A stretch of 64,000 nt of DNA from Acutalibacteraceae bacterium (GCA_045587505.1 JAZNCK010000093.1:232-64231), one strand, 5' to 3'. Positions 1 through 10,287 are shown, counted from the first letter of the stretch. Notes: generated by a model from the sequence alone, not told the origin. Numbers and translations: made by a program.

Positions 1-44
1 TTCGCTTAGGAGGCGAACGCTCTATCCATCTGAGCTACGAAGAC
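1..44 (-). tRNA. tRNA-Arg (anticodon CCT), 5' 44 nt only; the 3' part lies beyond the window edge
   Basis: The reverse complement reads GTCTTCG TA GCTC AGATGGATA GAGC G TTCGC CTCCTAA GCGAA. This gives an acceptor 5' arm, a D arm and an anticodon stem-loop with CCT at positions 34-36. Confidence 0.8.
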
Positions 45-120
45 ATATTTCATTTGCATCTGCAAGAGCTATTTTACCAAAATACACTTCTTATGTCAAC
101 CATATTTATCTGTTTGCGCA

Positions 121-149
121 TTGACTTTTTGACTGTGTAATGATATACT
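121..149 (+). promoter_or_regulatory. SigA-type promoter candidate upstream of the lipoprotein/mreB block
   Basis: TTGACT (121-126), a 17-nt spacer, then TATACT (144-149). Confidence 0.45.
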
Positions 150-185
150 ATTAAACTGAATAAAATTGTAAAGTATGCGTTTTTT

Positions 186-938
186 GTGAAAAAATCTATT
201 GCTATTATTTCCGCGTTGATTATTCTTCTTTCAGTTTCTTTTACTGCTTGCAGTAAGAAGAACGTAATCTATGATGAAAACGGTGAAAAGCACATTCTTC
301 TCACCAATAAAAACGGTGATTTCGTTCAGGACGAATACGGCGGAGTTTTCGAAGTTATAACGAACTCACGCGGTGAGCAGCAGACAAAGAACTTTGCTCT
401 CCCTGACAAAGTTACCAACAAAAAAGGCAATAAAATAGAAAACACTTTCATTAAGCTGGAGCTTCCCCGTAAATGGATTGACTTCAGCGGTAACGATAAA
501 CTTTCAATCCAGCATAAGGGAAAGTGCCTCGATATGAACAGAGCACAGTGTCAGGTTGACGTCAAATGGGACGTTATGTCTACAAACGATGTGCTTTACA
601 AAGAATATCTCGGCCCTGTTGAATGGCTTGTACAAAGTCAGTTCGACTTTGACGACCTTAAGGAATACGATACAGAAATCTGCGGTGTTCCCGCAAAAGC
701 TGTTTCTTACCGTGCAGTTAAAGAAGGCGGCACATTCTACTACTACCTTGTTGAAAAAGGTCTTGCTGCTTTTGAAATAGAAGCATACGCTTGCGACGAT
801 TGCTTTACTGAGGACGAAATAAAGGAAGTTATTGAAAAGGCTTATACTTTGAAGGACCTTGGCGGTGTAAGGCCTACTGCTCCGTCAACAGAAGCAAGCA
901 ACGAAGATTCATCAACAAATGCATCTTCAGCAGAATAA
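186..938 (+). CDS. Putative lipoprotein of unknown function
   Basis: GTG start. Hydrophobic N-terminus ending in a lipobox-like SFTAC followed by SKK. Ser/Thr/Glu-rich C-terminus. I recognise no family. Confidence 0.5.
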   Translation: MKKSIAIISALIILLSVSFTACSKKNVIYDENGEKHILLTNKNGDFVQDEYGGVFEVITNSRGEQQTKNFALPDKVTNKKGNKIENTFIKLELPRKWIDFSGNDKLSIQHKGKCLDMNRAQCQVDVKWDVMSTNDVLYKEYLGPVEWLVQSQFDFDDLKEYDTEICGVPAKAVSYRAVKEGGTFYYYLVEKGLAAFEIEAYACDDCFTEDEIKEVIEKAYTLKDLGGVRPTAPSTEASNEDSSTNASSAE

Positions 939-956
939 TTTTGAGGAGAAATTGAT

Positions 957-1943
957 ATGTTGTTTTCACAGGACATAGGTATAGATTTAGGCACTGCCAA
1001 CACCCTCGTTTTTGTTAAGGGTAAAGGTATCATTATCCGTGAACCGTCGGTTGTTGCCGTTGACCAGAGATATAATCCCGTACGTGTTGTTGCAGTCGGT
1101 TCAGAAGCAAAAGATATGATCGGCAGAACTCCGGGTTCAATCGGTGCTGTCCGTCCCCTTCGTAACGGCGTTATTGCAGACTTTGATGCAACTGCAGAGA
1201 TGTTGCGTAAGTTTATCCGTAAAGCTGTTACAGCTTCACCTTTCAGCAAAACAAGAGTTATGATCTGTGTTCCGTCGGGCGTTACTGAAGTTGAACGCAG
1301 AGCTGTTAACGACGCTGCAAAGAGTGCGGGTGCAAGATACGTCAGCCTCATTGAACAGCCTATGGCTGCTGCTATCGGTGCAGGTCTGCCCATTGAAGCG
1401 GCGAAAGGTTCTATGATTGTTGACATCGGCGGCGGCACAGCAGAGGTTGCAGTTGTTGCCCTCGGTGATATTGTAACTTCACGCTCGGTCAAGGTTGCAG
1501 GCGACAGCTACGATGAAGCAATTATAAACTATATCAGAAAAAAATACAGCCTTCTTATCGGTGAAAGAACTGCAGAGGACATCAAAATTCAGATCGGTTC
1601 TGCTTTCCCGTATGAGGGTGAGGGTGCAATGAACGTCAAGGGCAGAAACCTTGTTGACGGTCTTCCGAAAGACGTTGAAGTTTCTTCCGACGAAATCCGT
1701 GAAGCTCTCAAGGATAACATCAGCCAGGTGCTCGATGCTATCCGTACAACGCTTGAAAACACTCCCCCTGAACTTGCTGCCGATATCATTGACGGCGGTA
1801 TCACACTCACAGGCGGTGGTGCTCTTCTGCGCGGACTTGACAAGCTTATCGAAAAAGAAGTCAACATTCCTGTTACAATCTCAGACAATCCGCTTGACTG
1901 TGTTGTTGAGGGAACAGGTATCTGCCTCGAAAAGCATCATTGA
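957..1943 (+). CDS. mreB: Rod-shape determining actin homolog MreB
   Basis: N-terminus DIGIDLGTANTLV, plus the actin-fold phosphate motifs IVDIGGGTAEVAV and LTGGGALLRGLDKL. GAGGAG SD upstream. Confidence 0.95.
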   Translation: MLFSQDIGIDLGTANTLVFVKGKGIIIREPSVVAVDQRYNPVRVVAVGSEAKDMIGRTPGSIGAVRPLRNGVIADFDATAEMLRKFIRKAVTASPFSKTRVMICVPSGVTEVERRAVNDAAKSAGARYVSLIEQPMAAAIGAGLPIEAAKGSMIVDIGGGTAEVAVVALGDIVTSRSVKVAGDSYDEAIINYIRKKYSLLIGERTAEDIKIQIGSAFPYEGEGAMNVKGRNLVDGLPKDVEVSSDEIREALKDNISQVLDAIRTTLENTPPELAADIIDGGITLTGGGALLRGLDKLIEKEVNIPVTISDNPLDCVVEGTGICLEKHH

Positions 1944-1977
1944 CAGATAAAAAACAAAAAAACGGAGGTGAAGCGGT

Positions 1978-2835
1978 ATGCGCAGATTCTTACAGAGCAG
2001 AGCATTAAAGGCGTTTATATGTGTTATGGTAGCAATTTGTCTGGGTGCCGTTATTGCAGCATTCTCTCACAGCAACAATACTCCCCTTTCTGCAGCTACA
2101 AGTACAGTTTTGTATCCGCTTCAGCGTGTCTCTGCTTATCTTAGTTATAAATTTTCAAACTTCAACGATAATTTCAAGTCTGCTGCAACCCTTGCAGACG
2201 AAAACGCTGAACTGAAAATGCAGATTGAGCAGTATCAGAACGAAATTATCGGCTATAACGAAGCTAAAAAGAAACTTGATACATACGAGGACTTCCTCGG
2301 TGTTAAGGAAGAAAATCCTGACTTTATTTTTGAAAGTGCTACGATTATTTCAAGGGATTCGACTGACCCGTACGCTTCTTTTACCCTTAGTAAAGGCTCA
2401 GCTGATGACATTGAGGTCAATGACCCCGTTATTTACGGAACAAACCTTGTCGGTGTTGTAACGTCAGTTTCTCCCGCAACGTGCACTGTCAGCACAATTG
2501 CAAATCCGGACGTAAATGTTTCTGTTTATGAAACATACACCGGTGAAGTCGGATATACAAACGGTACAGGCAATTCAAGAGACAGAGTTTACTGCAGAAT
2601 CCCCGGTCTTAAGACTGAAACTGCAATATCTCCCAACGGAATTATTGCCACAACCGGCAGCGGCGGAATTTATCCAAAAGATCTTATTGTCGGCACAGTT
2701 GCACGTCTTGACGATGCAAAGGACGGCATTTCTTCTTACGCAACTGTCCGTTCTACAGTTGATATTGCAGAACTTTCAGAAGTTTTTGTTATCAAGAGTT
2801 TTGACGGACAAGGTGTCGTTACTGTTACTGAATAA
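1978..2835 (+). CDS. mreC: Rod-shape determining protein MreC
   Basis: N-terminal TM segment, a coiled-coil segment (ENAELKMQIEQYQNEI) and a C-terminal beta domain. Sits immediately after mreB. Confidence 0.85.
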   Translation: MRRFLQSRALKAFICVMVAICLGAVIAAFSHSNNTPLSAATSTVLYPLQRVSAYLSYKFSNFNDNFKSAATLADENAELKMQIEQYQNEIIGYNEAKKKLDTYEDFLGVKEENPDFIFESATIISRDSTDPYASFTLSKGSADDIEVNDPVIYGTNLVGVVTSVSPATCTVSTIANPDVNVSVYETYTGEVGYTNGTGNSRDRVYCRIPGLKTETAISPNGIIATTGSGGIYPKDLIVGTVARLDDAKDGISSYATVRSTVDIAELSEVFVIKSFDGQGVVTVTE

Positions 2836-2865
2836 TCAGGGAAAATCAACGAAAGGAAGTACGGT

Positions 2866-3384
2866 ATGAATTACCTCGGCAAAATTGCAAAAAAAACAGT
2901 TGAACGCCGGGCCGTACTTGCGGCTCTGATGCTGCTGACCTTTACTTTCCAGCAAACGGGAGGTCTTTTCCCTGCTCCGTTCGGTGTTCACGCTATGCTT
3001 CTTGTTCCGCTTACTATCTGTATTGCGATGTTTGAGCGTGAATTTGCAGGCATTTTTTTCGGCCTTGCAGCAGGTGTTATGCTTGATTCATTCAGTTCGC
3101 AGTCAGTTGTTTTCAATTCTTTATTTTTTACAATAATCGGCTTTGCTGCAGGTTCATTGATAACTTACCTTATGCGTAACAACCTGCTTTGTGCAACCAT
3201 TATGACTTCGGCTTCTGCTCTGGTTTACTCGACGCTTCTTTTTATTCTTTACGCCGTTTCAGATGCAGTTGACTCACCGATTCTTATCTATTTCAGATAT
3301 TATTTCACTTCGGCACTTTACACGGTTCTTCTGACCCCGCTTTACTACTTCCTTGTACGTGCCGTTTCAAAAGAAATGCAATAA
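2866..3384 (+). CDS. mreD: Rod-shape determining protein MreD
   Basis: Small polytopic membrane protein directly downstream of mreC. Confidence 0.7.
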   Translation: MNYLGKIAKKTVERRAVLAALMLLTFTFQQTGGLFPAPFGVHAMLLVPLTICIAMFEREFAGIFFGLAAGVMLDSFSSQSVVFNSLFFTIIGFAAGSLITYLMRNNLLCATIMTSASALVYSTLLFILYAVSDAVDSPILIYFRYYFTSALYTVLLTPLYYFLVRAVSKEMQ

Positions 3385-3407
3385 AAAAAAGAAAGGAGAA
3401 AAGGCAA

Positions 3408-5471
3408 ATGAGATTGATTCGTGAAGAGAAAAAAGGCAGATTTATTGCCCTTATCACAATCTTCGTTTGTCTTTTTCTTGTTTTTTTCATCCGTCTTATC
3501 AACATTCAGATTGTAAACGGAGATAAATATGCCGAAACAAGTACTGCTTCCACCTCTTCCACCATTGTGAAAGCTACAAGAGGTCAGATTCTGGACAGAA
3601 ACGGTAACGTGCTTGTCGGTAACCGTCAGGGTAATGAGATTATTTTCAACGCAAGCACCTTCCCTTCAACAAGTCAGCAGGAAGAGCGTAACGAAATTAT
3701 TCTTGCCCTCGTAAAACTTTTTGACGAAAATGAGGCAGCATGGATAAACGAGCTGCCGATTATGCTTGATGAAAACGGAAATTATCAGTTCATCGAGGAC
3801 AGAGAGACCGATATCGCAAAGCTCAAGGCGCGTGATATGCTCCACCTGAACAAATACGCAACGGCAGACGACTGTATGCAGGAAATCTGCGACAGATATA
3901 AGCTCGAAAATTATTCCAAAGCAGATTCAATAAGAATTGCATCAGTTATCTGCAATATGAAAATGAACACATTCAATACCGCAAATCCGTATGTCTTTGC
4001 ACAGGATGTTTCTGACGAAATCGTTTCTGTTATCAAGGAAAACAGCCGTTTTTACAGGGGTGTTGATGTCCAGATCGTAACTTACCGTGAATATACCGAC
4101 GGTTCAATTGCTCCTCACATTCTCGGTGTTACCGGTGTCATAAATGCCGAAGAGTATGCAACTCTTAAGGAAAAAGGCTACGCGATGGACGACATACTCG
4201 GTAAAAGCGGTATTGAAAAGGTTTTTGAAGAAAATCTCAAGGGCAAGAACGGTATAAAAACCGTAACAACATCCACTGACGGTTCACAAGAAACACGTGT
4301 TACCGGACTTAAAAACGGTGACAACATTGTCCTCACTATTGATGCAAAAATGCAGAAAATCGCACAGGATGCACTAAAAGCAAAGTGTGATTCGCTCGGC
4401 ACGGCAAACGCAGGCGGCGGTTCTGTTGTTGTTATGAACTGCAAAACAGGTGAAGTCCTCGCTATGGCCTCGTATCCGTCCTATAACCTTTCAACATATT
4501 ATGAAGATTATAATAAACTTGCAAAAAATCCAAATTCCCCTCTTTACAACCGTGCTACCTTAAGTACTTATGCTCCGGGTTCAACGGCAAAGGTTTCAAC
4601 GGCAATTGCCTGCCTTGAAGAGGGTATTGCAACTGAAACAGATACAAAACACTGCGGTTATGCCTATAATTTCCTCGGTCATCAGTTTGTCTGTCAGATT
4701 AACCACGCAAACAGATCAATTAACGTACGTACCGCACTCCAGGACTCATGTAACTCATATTTCTATTACTACGGCGGAGAACAACTCGGTATCGATAAGA
4801 TGAATATGTACCGTGAAATGCTTGGTCTCGGTCAGCCGACAGGTATCGAAATTGCAGAAAATACAGGCATTCTTGACTCACCTAGTTTTCGTACTTCTAT
4901 CGGACAGACATGGTTGCCCGGTTTCTCACTCCAGTCCGCTATCGGACAGGCAGGTAACCTCTTTACTCCGCTGCAGCTGTGTAACTACGTTGCAACTGTT
5001 GCCAACGGCGGTACGCGCTATAAGGCACATATTATAAAATCAATCCTTTCTTCCGATAACACGATGTCAATTCTTGAAAAAGAACCTGAGGTTGTTGTTG
5101 AAACAGGATTTTCGGAAAAAAATATCCGTACAGTTCATGAGGGTATGCGACTTGTTGTTACAAACGGCTCGTGCCTTAACACTTTCGGTAAGCTCGATAT
5201 TGCCGTCGCCTGTAAGACAGGTACTTCTCAGGTTGATAAAACCTTCAACGGCGTTAAGAAAACATATACAAACGGTTTCAATATTTCTTTTGCACCGTAC
5301 GATAACCCTGAAATTGCCATTGCAGTTGCAATTGAAGGTGCGACCTCCGGCGGCAGCTGTGCTCCTGTAGCTTGTGATATTTACAACTATTACTTTGAAG
5401 ACGAAACTGCTCCCGTCACAGGAGAAGAAGACAACGATAACGGCAACGTCAATTCCGCATTACTTCACTAA
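3408..5471 (+). CDS. mrdA: Class B penicillin-binding protein (PBP2-type transpeptidase)
   Basis: N-terminal TM anchor and a GQILDRNG pedestal motif. Transpeptidase motifs STAK (GSTAKVST), SCN (DSCNSY) and KTGT (CKTGTSQ). Confidence 0.85.
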   Translation: MRLIREEKKGRFIALITIFVCLFLVFFIRLINIQIVNGDKYAETSTASTSSTIVKATRGQILDRNGNVLVGNRQGNEIIFNASTFPSTSQQEERNEIILALVKLFDENEAAWINELPIMLDENGNYQFIEDRETDIAKLKARDMLHLNKYATADDCMQEICDRYKLENYSKADSIRIASVICNMKMNTFNTANPYVFAQDVSDEIVSVIKENSRFYRGVDVQIVTYREYTDGSIAPHILGVTGVINAEEYATLKEKGYAMDDILGKSGIEKVFEENLKGKNGIKTVTTSTDGSQETRVTGLKNGDNIVLTIDAKMQKIAQDALKAKCDSLGTANAGGGSVVVMNCKTGEVLAMASYPSYNLSTYYEDYNKLAKNPNSPLYNRATLSTYAPGSTAKVSTAIACLEEGIATETDTKHCGYAYNFLGHQFVCQINHANRSINVRTALQDSCNSYFYYYGGEQLGIDKMNMYREMLGLGQPTGIEIAENTGILDSPSFRTSIGQTWLPGFSLQSAIGQAGNLFTPLQLCNYVATVANGGTRYKAHIIKSILSSDNTMSILEKEPEVVVETGFSEKNIRTVHEGMRLVVTNGSCLNTFGKLDIAVACKTGTSQVDKTFNGVKKTYTNGFNISFAPYDNPEIAIAVAIEGATSGGSCAPVACDIYNYYFEDETAPVTGEEDNDNGNVNSALLH

Positions 5472-5483
5472 GGTGGTGGATTT

Positions 5484-6206
5484 ATGGCTAAAAAAATAAT
5501 TCTCGCTTCAGGCAAAGGCGGTGTCGGCAAGTCATCGCTGACCGCAGGACTTGCAATTGCACTCTGTGATATCGGATTCAACACTCTTGTTATCGATTTC
5601 GACATAGGTATGGGTTGCCTTGACCTTATTCTTGCTGCTGATGATACGGGAATTTTCAACTGGGGCGATGTTATAAACGAAACTTGTGAGCCTATGACCG
5701 CCCTGCGTTCAACAATCGGTCCTAAACTCCTTGTTGCCCCCACATCTTTTGACGAAAATTATACTGCAGACGCAATTAAAAAAATTATAAATATCTACGA
5801 TAAACAGTTTGACTACATTCTTTTTGACGCTCCTGCTGGTGTAAGCGGCGGTTTCAGGTTAGCTGCCGAGTGTGCGGATGAAGCAATTATAGTTTCCACT
5901 CCCGATGAAGTATGTGTACGTGTCGGTCAGTATACGGGCGACATCCTTTATTCAATGGGACTTGAAAACATTCGCCTTATCATCAACCGTTTCAATAAAA
6001 AACTTACAACTCAGGGTCATTACCTCAACATTGACGAAGTTATTGATGCAACCGTGCTTCAGCTTATCGGTGTTGTGCCTGAGGACAGAAAACTTTCCTA
6101 CTGTTCGGTTACAGGTATGCAGAATCTTACAAAATCCCCTGCAAAGTCTGCTTTTCATCGGATTGCGAAGCGTCTTGAGGGCATAAATGTAAATCTTGTT
6201 ATATAA
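5484..6206 (+). CDS. minD: MinD/ParA-family deviant Walker-A ATPase (MinD-like, short C-terminus)
   Basis: SGKGGVGKSS P-loop and a DFDIGMGCLDL switch-like segment. DAPAGVSGGF and STPDEVCVR align with MinD blocks. Confidence 0.7.
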   Translation: MAKKIILASGKGGVGKSSLTAGLAIALCDIGFNTLVIDFDIGMGCLDLILAADDTGIFNWGDVINETCEPMTALRSTIGPKLLVAPTSFDENYTADAIKKIINIYDKQFDYILFDAPAGVSGGFRLAAECADEAIIVSTPDEVCVRVGQYTGDILYSMGLENIRLIINRFNKKLTTQGHYLNIDEVIDATVLQLIGVVPEDRKLSYCSVTGMQNLTKSPAKSAFHRIAKRLEGINVNLVI

Positions 6207-6218
6207 GGAAACAAAATT

Positions 6219-7589
6219 ATGACAGAAAAGACAACTATCGCCGCCATATCCACGCCTATGGGTACAGGCGGCGTTGGAATTATAAGAATATCGGGCGAAA
6301 AAGCTATAGAAATTACTGATAGAGTTTTCAAGGCTTTTTCCGGTAAGCCTCTCACAGAATCTGAGGGTTATAAAACACATTACGGCAGAATTTTTGACGG
6401 TGAAAATGCTGTTGATGAAGCAATCTGCCTTGTTTTCAGAGCACCTCACAGTTACACAGGTGAAAATGTTGTTGAAATTAACTGCCACGGCGGTGTTTTC
6501 CTGACAAAAAAGGTGCTTCGCCTTGTACTTTCCAACGGTGCCTCCCCTGCCGCCCCCGGTGAATTTACAAAAAGAGCCTTTTTAAACGGCAAAATGGATC
6601 TTTCAAAAGCAGAAGGTGTAATGTCGCTCATCTCTGCACAGGGTGAACAGGGTGCAAATGCTGCTTATAATCTGCTTGAAGGCTCTCTTAGCCGAAAGAT
6701 TGAAGAAATCAACGCTTCTCTTCTCTCTGTAGCAGCGCATCTTGCCGCCTGGGTGGATTATCCGGATGAAGAGATTGAAGAAATTGACGATGCAAACCTC
6801 AGAAATACAGTACAGACTGCACTTGACGAAATAAACAACCTGCTTTCACGCTTTGACTGCGGAATGGCAGTTACGACAGGTGTTGATGCGGCAATTGTCG
6901 GCAAACCGAATGTCGGTAAAAGCACACTTATGAATCTTCTTACAGGCTATGACCGTTCAATTGTTACTGCAGTTGAAGGTACAACACGAGACGTTGTTGA
7001 AGAAACTGTCAACCTTAACGGTTGTATTCTTCGTCTCTCGGACACTGCAGGTATGAGAGACACGGGAGATATAGTTGAAAAAATCGGTGTTGACCGCAGC
7101 CGTAAAAAATTAGAAAGAGCAGCCGTCATTTTTGCTGTTTTTGACCTTTCGAGGGAGCTTTCCGACGAAGACATCGAACTCATCGGAATGTGCAAAGGCA
7201 AAACTGTTATACCGATTATAAATAAAACAGACCTCGACTGTAAGGCTGATATTTCTGTTATAGAAAATAATCTCGGCAAATGTGTTGCTATTTCTGCAAA
7301 AGACGGTGACGGATACGATAATTTATGCGATACAGTCGCAACTTTAATCGGTACAAAGGATTTTGACACTTCTGCGGCAATGCTTGCTAATGAAAGACAG
7401 CGTCTTTGTTGCGAAAATGCGTCACAAAGCCTGAATGAAGCACTCGAAGCCATTGATTTCGGTCTTACACTTGATGCAATCGGTGTTTGTATTGACGGTG
7501 CAATTGCTTCCCTTCTTGAACTGACGGGACAAAAAGCAAGTGAAGCTGTTGTTGATGAAGTTTTCAGACAATTCTGTGTAGGAAAGTAA
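6219..7589 (+). CDS. mnmE: tRNA modification GTPase MnmE
   Basis: N-terminus TIAAISTPMGTGGVGIIRISG, GKPNVGKSTL G1 motif, DTAG G3 motif and the diagnostic C-terminal FCVGK. Confidence 0.95.
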   Translation: MTEKTTIAAISTPMGTGGVGIIRISGEKAIEITDRVFKAFSGKPLTESEGYKTHYGRIFDGENAVDEAICLVFRAPHSYTGENVVEINCHGGVFLTKKVLRLVLSNGASPAAPGEFTKRAFLNGKMDLSKAEGVMSLISAQGEQGANAAYNLLEGSLSRKIEEINASLLSVAAHLAAWVDYPDEEIEEIDDANLRNTVQTALDEINNLLSRFDCGMAVTTGVDAAIVGKPNVGKSTLMNLLTGYDRSIVTAVEGTTRDVVEETVNLNGCILRLSDTAGMRDTGDIVEKIGVDRSRKKLERAAVIFAVFDLSRELSDEDIELIGMCKGKTVIPIINKTDLDCKADISVIENNLGKCVAISAKDGDGYDNLCDTVATLIGTKDFDTSAAMLANERQRLCCENASQSLNEALEAIDFGLTLDAIGVCIDGAIASLLELTGQKASEAVVDEVFRQFCVGK

Positions 7590-7598
7590 AGGAATATT

Positions 7599-9473
7599 AT
7601 GGAATATTTTGCAAAAAAGTATCAGGTTACAGTTATCGGTGCAGGCCACGCAGGCATTGAAGCCGGTCTTGCTGCCGCACGTCTCGGATGTGACACCTGC
7701 GTTTTTACAATAAATCTTGACTGGGTCGGCAATATGGCATGCAATCCGTCCATCGGAGGCACATCAAAGGGTCACCTTGTACGTGAAATTGATGCTCTTG
7801 GCGGTGAAATGGGCAAGGCAGCTGATGCCAATACCCTGCAGAGTCGTATTCTCAATCTCGGCAAAGGCCCTGCAGTGCACAGTCTTCGTGCGCAGATTGA
7901 CCGCAGACTTTATTCCGATTATATGAAACACGTACTCGAACTTCAGGATAATCTTGACCTTCGTCAGGCTGAGATAACTGACCTGTGTCAGCTTGAAGAT
8001 GGCACGTGGCAGGTTAAAACTCACCTTGAGGCAATTTACACTGCAGATTGCGTTATACTCGCAACAGGTACATTCCTTGCAGGTAAAGTATATGTCGGTG
8101 ATGTTTCCTATGAAAGCGGACCTGACGGAATGTTCCCGGCAAACAAACTTGGTGTTGCGCTGAAGAATCTCGGTCTGCCTACACGTCGGTTTAAAACAGG
8201 AACACCTTCACGAGTAAACAGAAAAACAGTTGATTTTTCTAAATTAGAAATTCAAGTGGGCGATGAGAATATAGTTACGTTCTCTTTTGACTGCAATTGC
8301 GAAGTTCAGAACAAACTCCCCTGCTATGTTACATATACAAATCTCGAAACAAAGGACATAATTCTTCAGAATCTGCATCGCTCCCCTCTTTATGGCGGAA
8401 AAATTGACGGAAAAGGTCCGAGATACTGCCCGAGCATTGAGGATAAAATAGTACGTTTTGCAGAAAAAGAACGTCATCAGATTTTTATAGAACCTTGTGG
8501 CAAAAACACTGAGGAAATGTATCTCCAGGGACTCTCCTCATCCTTGCCTGAAGATGTTCAGTTAAAATTTATCCGTTCTATCCCCGGACTTGAAAACGCA
8601 GAGACAATGCGCACTGCCTATGCGATCGAGTACGACTGTGTTGACCCTCTCGCACTTAAATCGAGCCTTGAATTTAACGATTACAGTGGCCTGTTCGGTG
8701 CAGGACAGTTCAACGGTTCTTCAGGTTATGAAGAAGCTGCAGCACAAGGTCTTGTTGCAGGTATTAATGCCGCACACAAGATATTAGGTAAAGAACCACT
8801 TATTCTTGAACGTTCAGGCTCATATATAGGAACACTTATTGACGACCTTGTTACAAAGGGTTGTTCAGACCCTTACAGAATGATGACATCACGTTCTGAA
8901 TACAGACTTCTGCTTCGTCAGGATAATGCTGACCGCCGTCTGACACCAATCGGATATGAAATCGGTCTTATCAGCGAAGAGAGATATCAGAAATACCTTA
9001 AAAAACTCGAGCTTATCGATATTGAGAAAAACCGTGTGCAAAACCTTGTGATTTCTCCGGGCGAAGAGATAAACAAGCTGCTTGTTTCACGTGAAACATC
9101 TCCTCTTAACTCAGGTGTACGTTATGCTGATCTTATTAAACGTCCTCAGCTGAATTATGACCTGCTTACCCCGTTTGATAAAGATAGGCCTACCCTCCCC
9201 CGTGAAATTTTTGAACAGGTTGAAATTGATATCAAGTATGAGGGTTACATCAAACGACAGCAGGCACAGGTTGATGAAATGCATCGTCTTGAGGTAAAAA
9301 TACTTCCTGAGGACACAGATTACAACTCAATCCACGGATTGCGTCTGGAAGCAAGAGAAAAACTTTCTAAAATCCGTCCTCATAATATCGGCCAGGCTTC
9401 ACGAATTTCCGGTGTAAGCCCTTCAGACATATCTGTTTTGCTTATTTACCTTGAAAAGGAGTGCAGAAAATGA
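7599..9473 (+). CDS. mnmG: tRNA uridine 5-carboxymethylaminomethyl modification enzyme MnmG (GidA)
   Basis: VIGAGHAGIEA FAD motif, plus NPSIGGTSKGHLVREIDALGG and GPRYCPSIEDK. Confidence 0.95.
   Translation: MEYFAKKYQVTVIGAGHAGIEAGLAAARLGCDTCVFTINLDWVGNMACNPSIGGTSKGHLVREIDALGGEMGKAADANTLQSRILNLGKGPAVHSLRAQIDRRLYSDYMKHVLELQDNLDLRQAEITDLCQLEDGTWQVKTHLEAIYTADCVILATGTFLAGKVYVGDVSYESGPDGMFPANKLGVALKNLGLPTRRFKTGTPSRVNRKTVDFSKLEIQVGDENIVTFSFDCNCEVQNKLPCYVTYTNLETKDIILQNLHRSPLYGGKIDGKGPRYCPSIEDKIVRFAEKERHQIFIEPCGKNTEEMYLQGLSSSLPEDVQLKFIRSIPGLENAETMRTAYAIEYDCVDPLALKSSLEFNDYSGLFGAGQFNGSSGYEEAAAQGLVAGINAAHKILGKEPLILERSGSYIGTLIDDLVTKGCSDPYRMMTSRSEYRLLLRQDNADRRLTPIGYEIGLISEERYQKYLKKLELIDIEKNRVQNLVISPGEEINKLLVSRETSPLNSGVRYADLIKRPQLNYDLLTPFDKDRPTLPREIFEQVEIDIKYEGYIKRQQAQVDEMHRLEVKILPEDTDYNSIHGLRLEAREKLSKIRPHNIGQASRISGVSPSDISVLLIYLEKECRK
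9083..9098. promoter_or_regulatory. parS centromere site (perfect 16-mer) inside the mnmG coding sequence
   Basis: TGTTTCACGTGAAACA matches the Firmicute parS consensus TGTTNCACGTGAAACA. It encodes VSRET of MnmG. Confidence 0.8.
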
Positions 9474-10183
9474 TTAACACTACCCTTTTAAAGACCGAAG
9501 CCGAAAAAATAGGCATAGTTCTCGATGAAACTGCGCTCTCACGTTTTGATAAATATGCTGAAATGATTGTTGAAACAAACAAAACACTCAATCTGACAGC
9601 TATTACTGAGCCGGATGAGATGGTTTATAAGCATTTTGTAGATAGTCTCAGCCTTCTTACGGTTGTTGATATAAATCAAGGTGCAAAAGTAATTGACGTC
9701 GGTACAGGTGCAGGTTTTCCGGGTGTTGTGCTTCTGATTGCCCGTCCTGATATAAAAATCACTCTTATGGACGGTACCAACAAGCGTCTTAACTTTATTC
9801 AAAGTGTTCTTGACGAAATCGGACTTGACGCAGAGATTCTTCATTCACGTGCAGAACTTGCAGGTAAAGAAAAGACTTACCGTGAGCAGTTTGACCTTGT
9901 AACAGCCCGTGCAGTTGCAAATATGAACACACTCAGCGAATATTGCATGCCTTTTGTAAAGGTCGGCGGTATCTTCGCACCGATGAAAGCTGCAAAGGCT
10001 GACGAAGAACTTGATTCAGCAAAAGGTGCTATAAAACTTCTTGGCGGTGAAATCGACAAGGTTTGCCATCTCGATATTGAAAACTGTGGTGAAAGATGCA
10101 TCATTGTGACAAAGAAAATATCGCAGACTCCGCCAAAATATCCCCGTGCTTCGGCACAGATTTCAAAAAAACCTCTCGCATAA
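9470..10183 (+). CDS. rsmG: 16S rRNA m7G527 methyltransferase RsmG (GidB)
   Basis: VIDVGTGAGFPG SAM motif. The ATG overlaps the mnmG stop (ATGA) and AAGGAG lies 8 nt upstream. Confidence 0.9.
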   Translation: MINTTLLKTEAEKIGIVLDETALSRFDKYAEMIVETNKTLNLTAITEPDEMVYKHFVDSLSLLTVVDINQGAKVIDVGTGAGFPGVVLLIARPDIKITLMDGTNKRLNFIQSVLDEIGLDAEILHSRAELAGKEKTYREQFDLVTARAVANMNTLSEYCMPFVKVGGIFAPMKAAKADEELDSAKGAIKLLGGEIDKVCHLDIENCGERCIIVTKKISQTPPKYPRASAQISKKPLA

Positions 10184-10287
10184 AGCAGAATCTAATAAAA
10201 AAATCGTATTTTACGTCAACGAAAAATGTTGGACAACCTCTTTTAAGAGTGCTAAATTATATTTGGCAAACTTAAGGGAGGTTTTTT

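Noticed and set aside
842-1492. 216-aa ORF antisense to mreB
   Set aside because: It lies entirely inside the strongly supported mreB gene on the opposite strand. The translation is Ala/Thr/Ser/Pro-rich low complexity with no SD or recognisable motif. This is a typical shadow ORF of a codon-biased gene.
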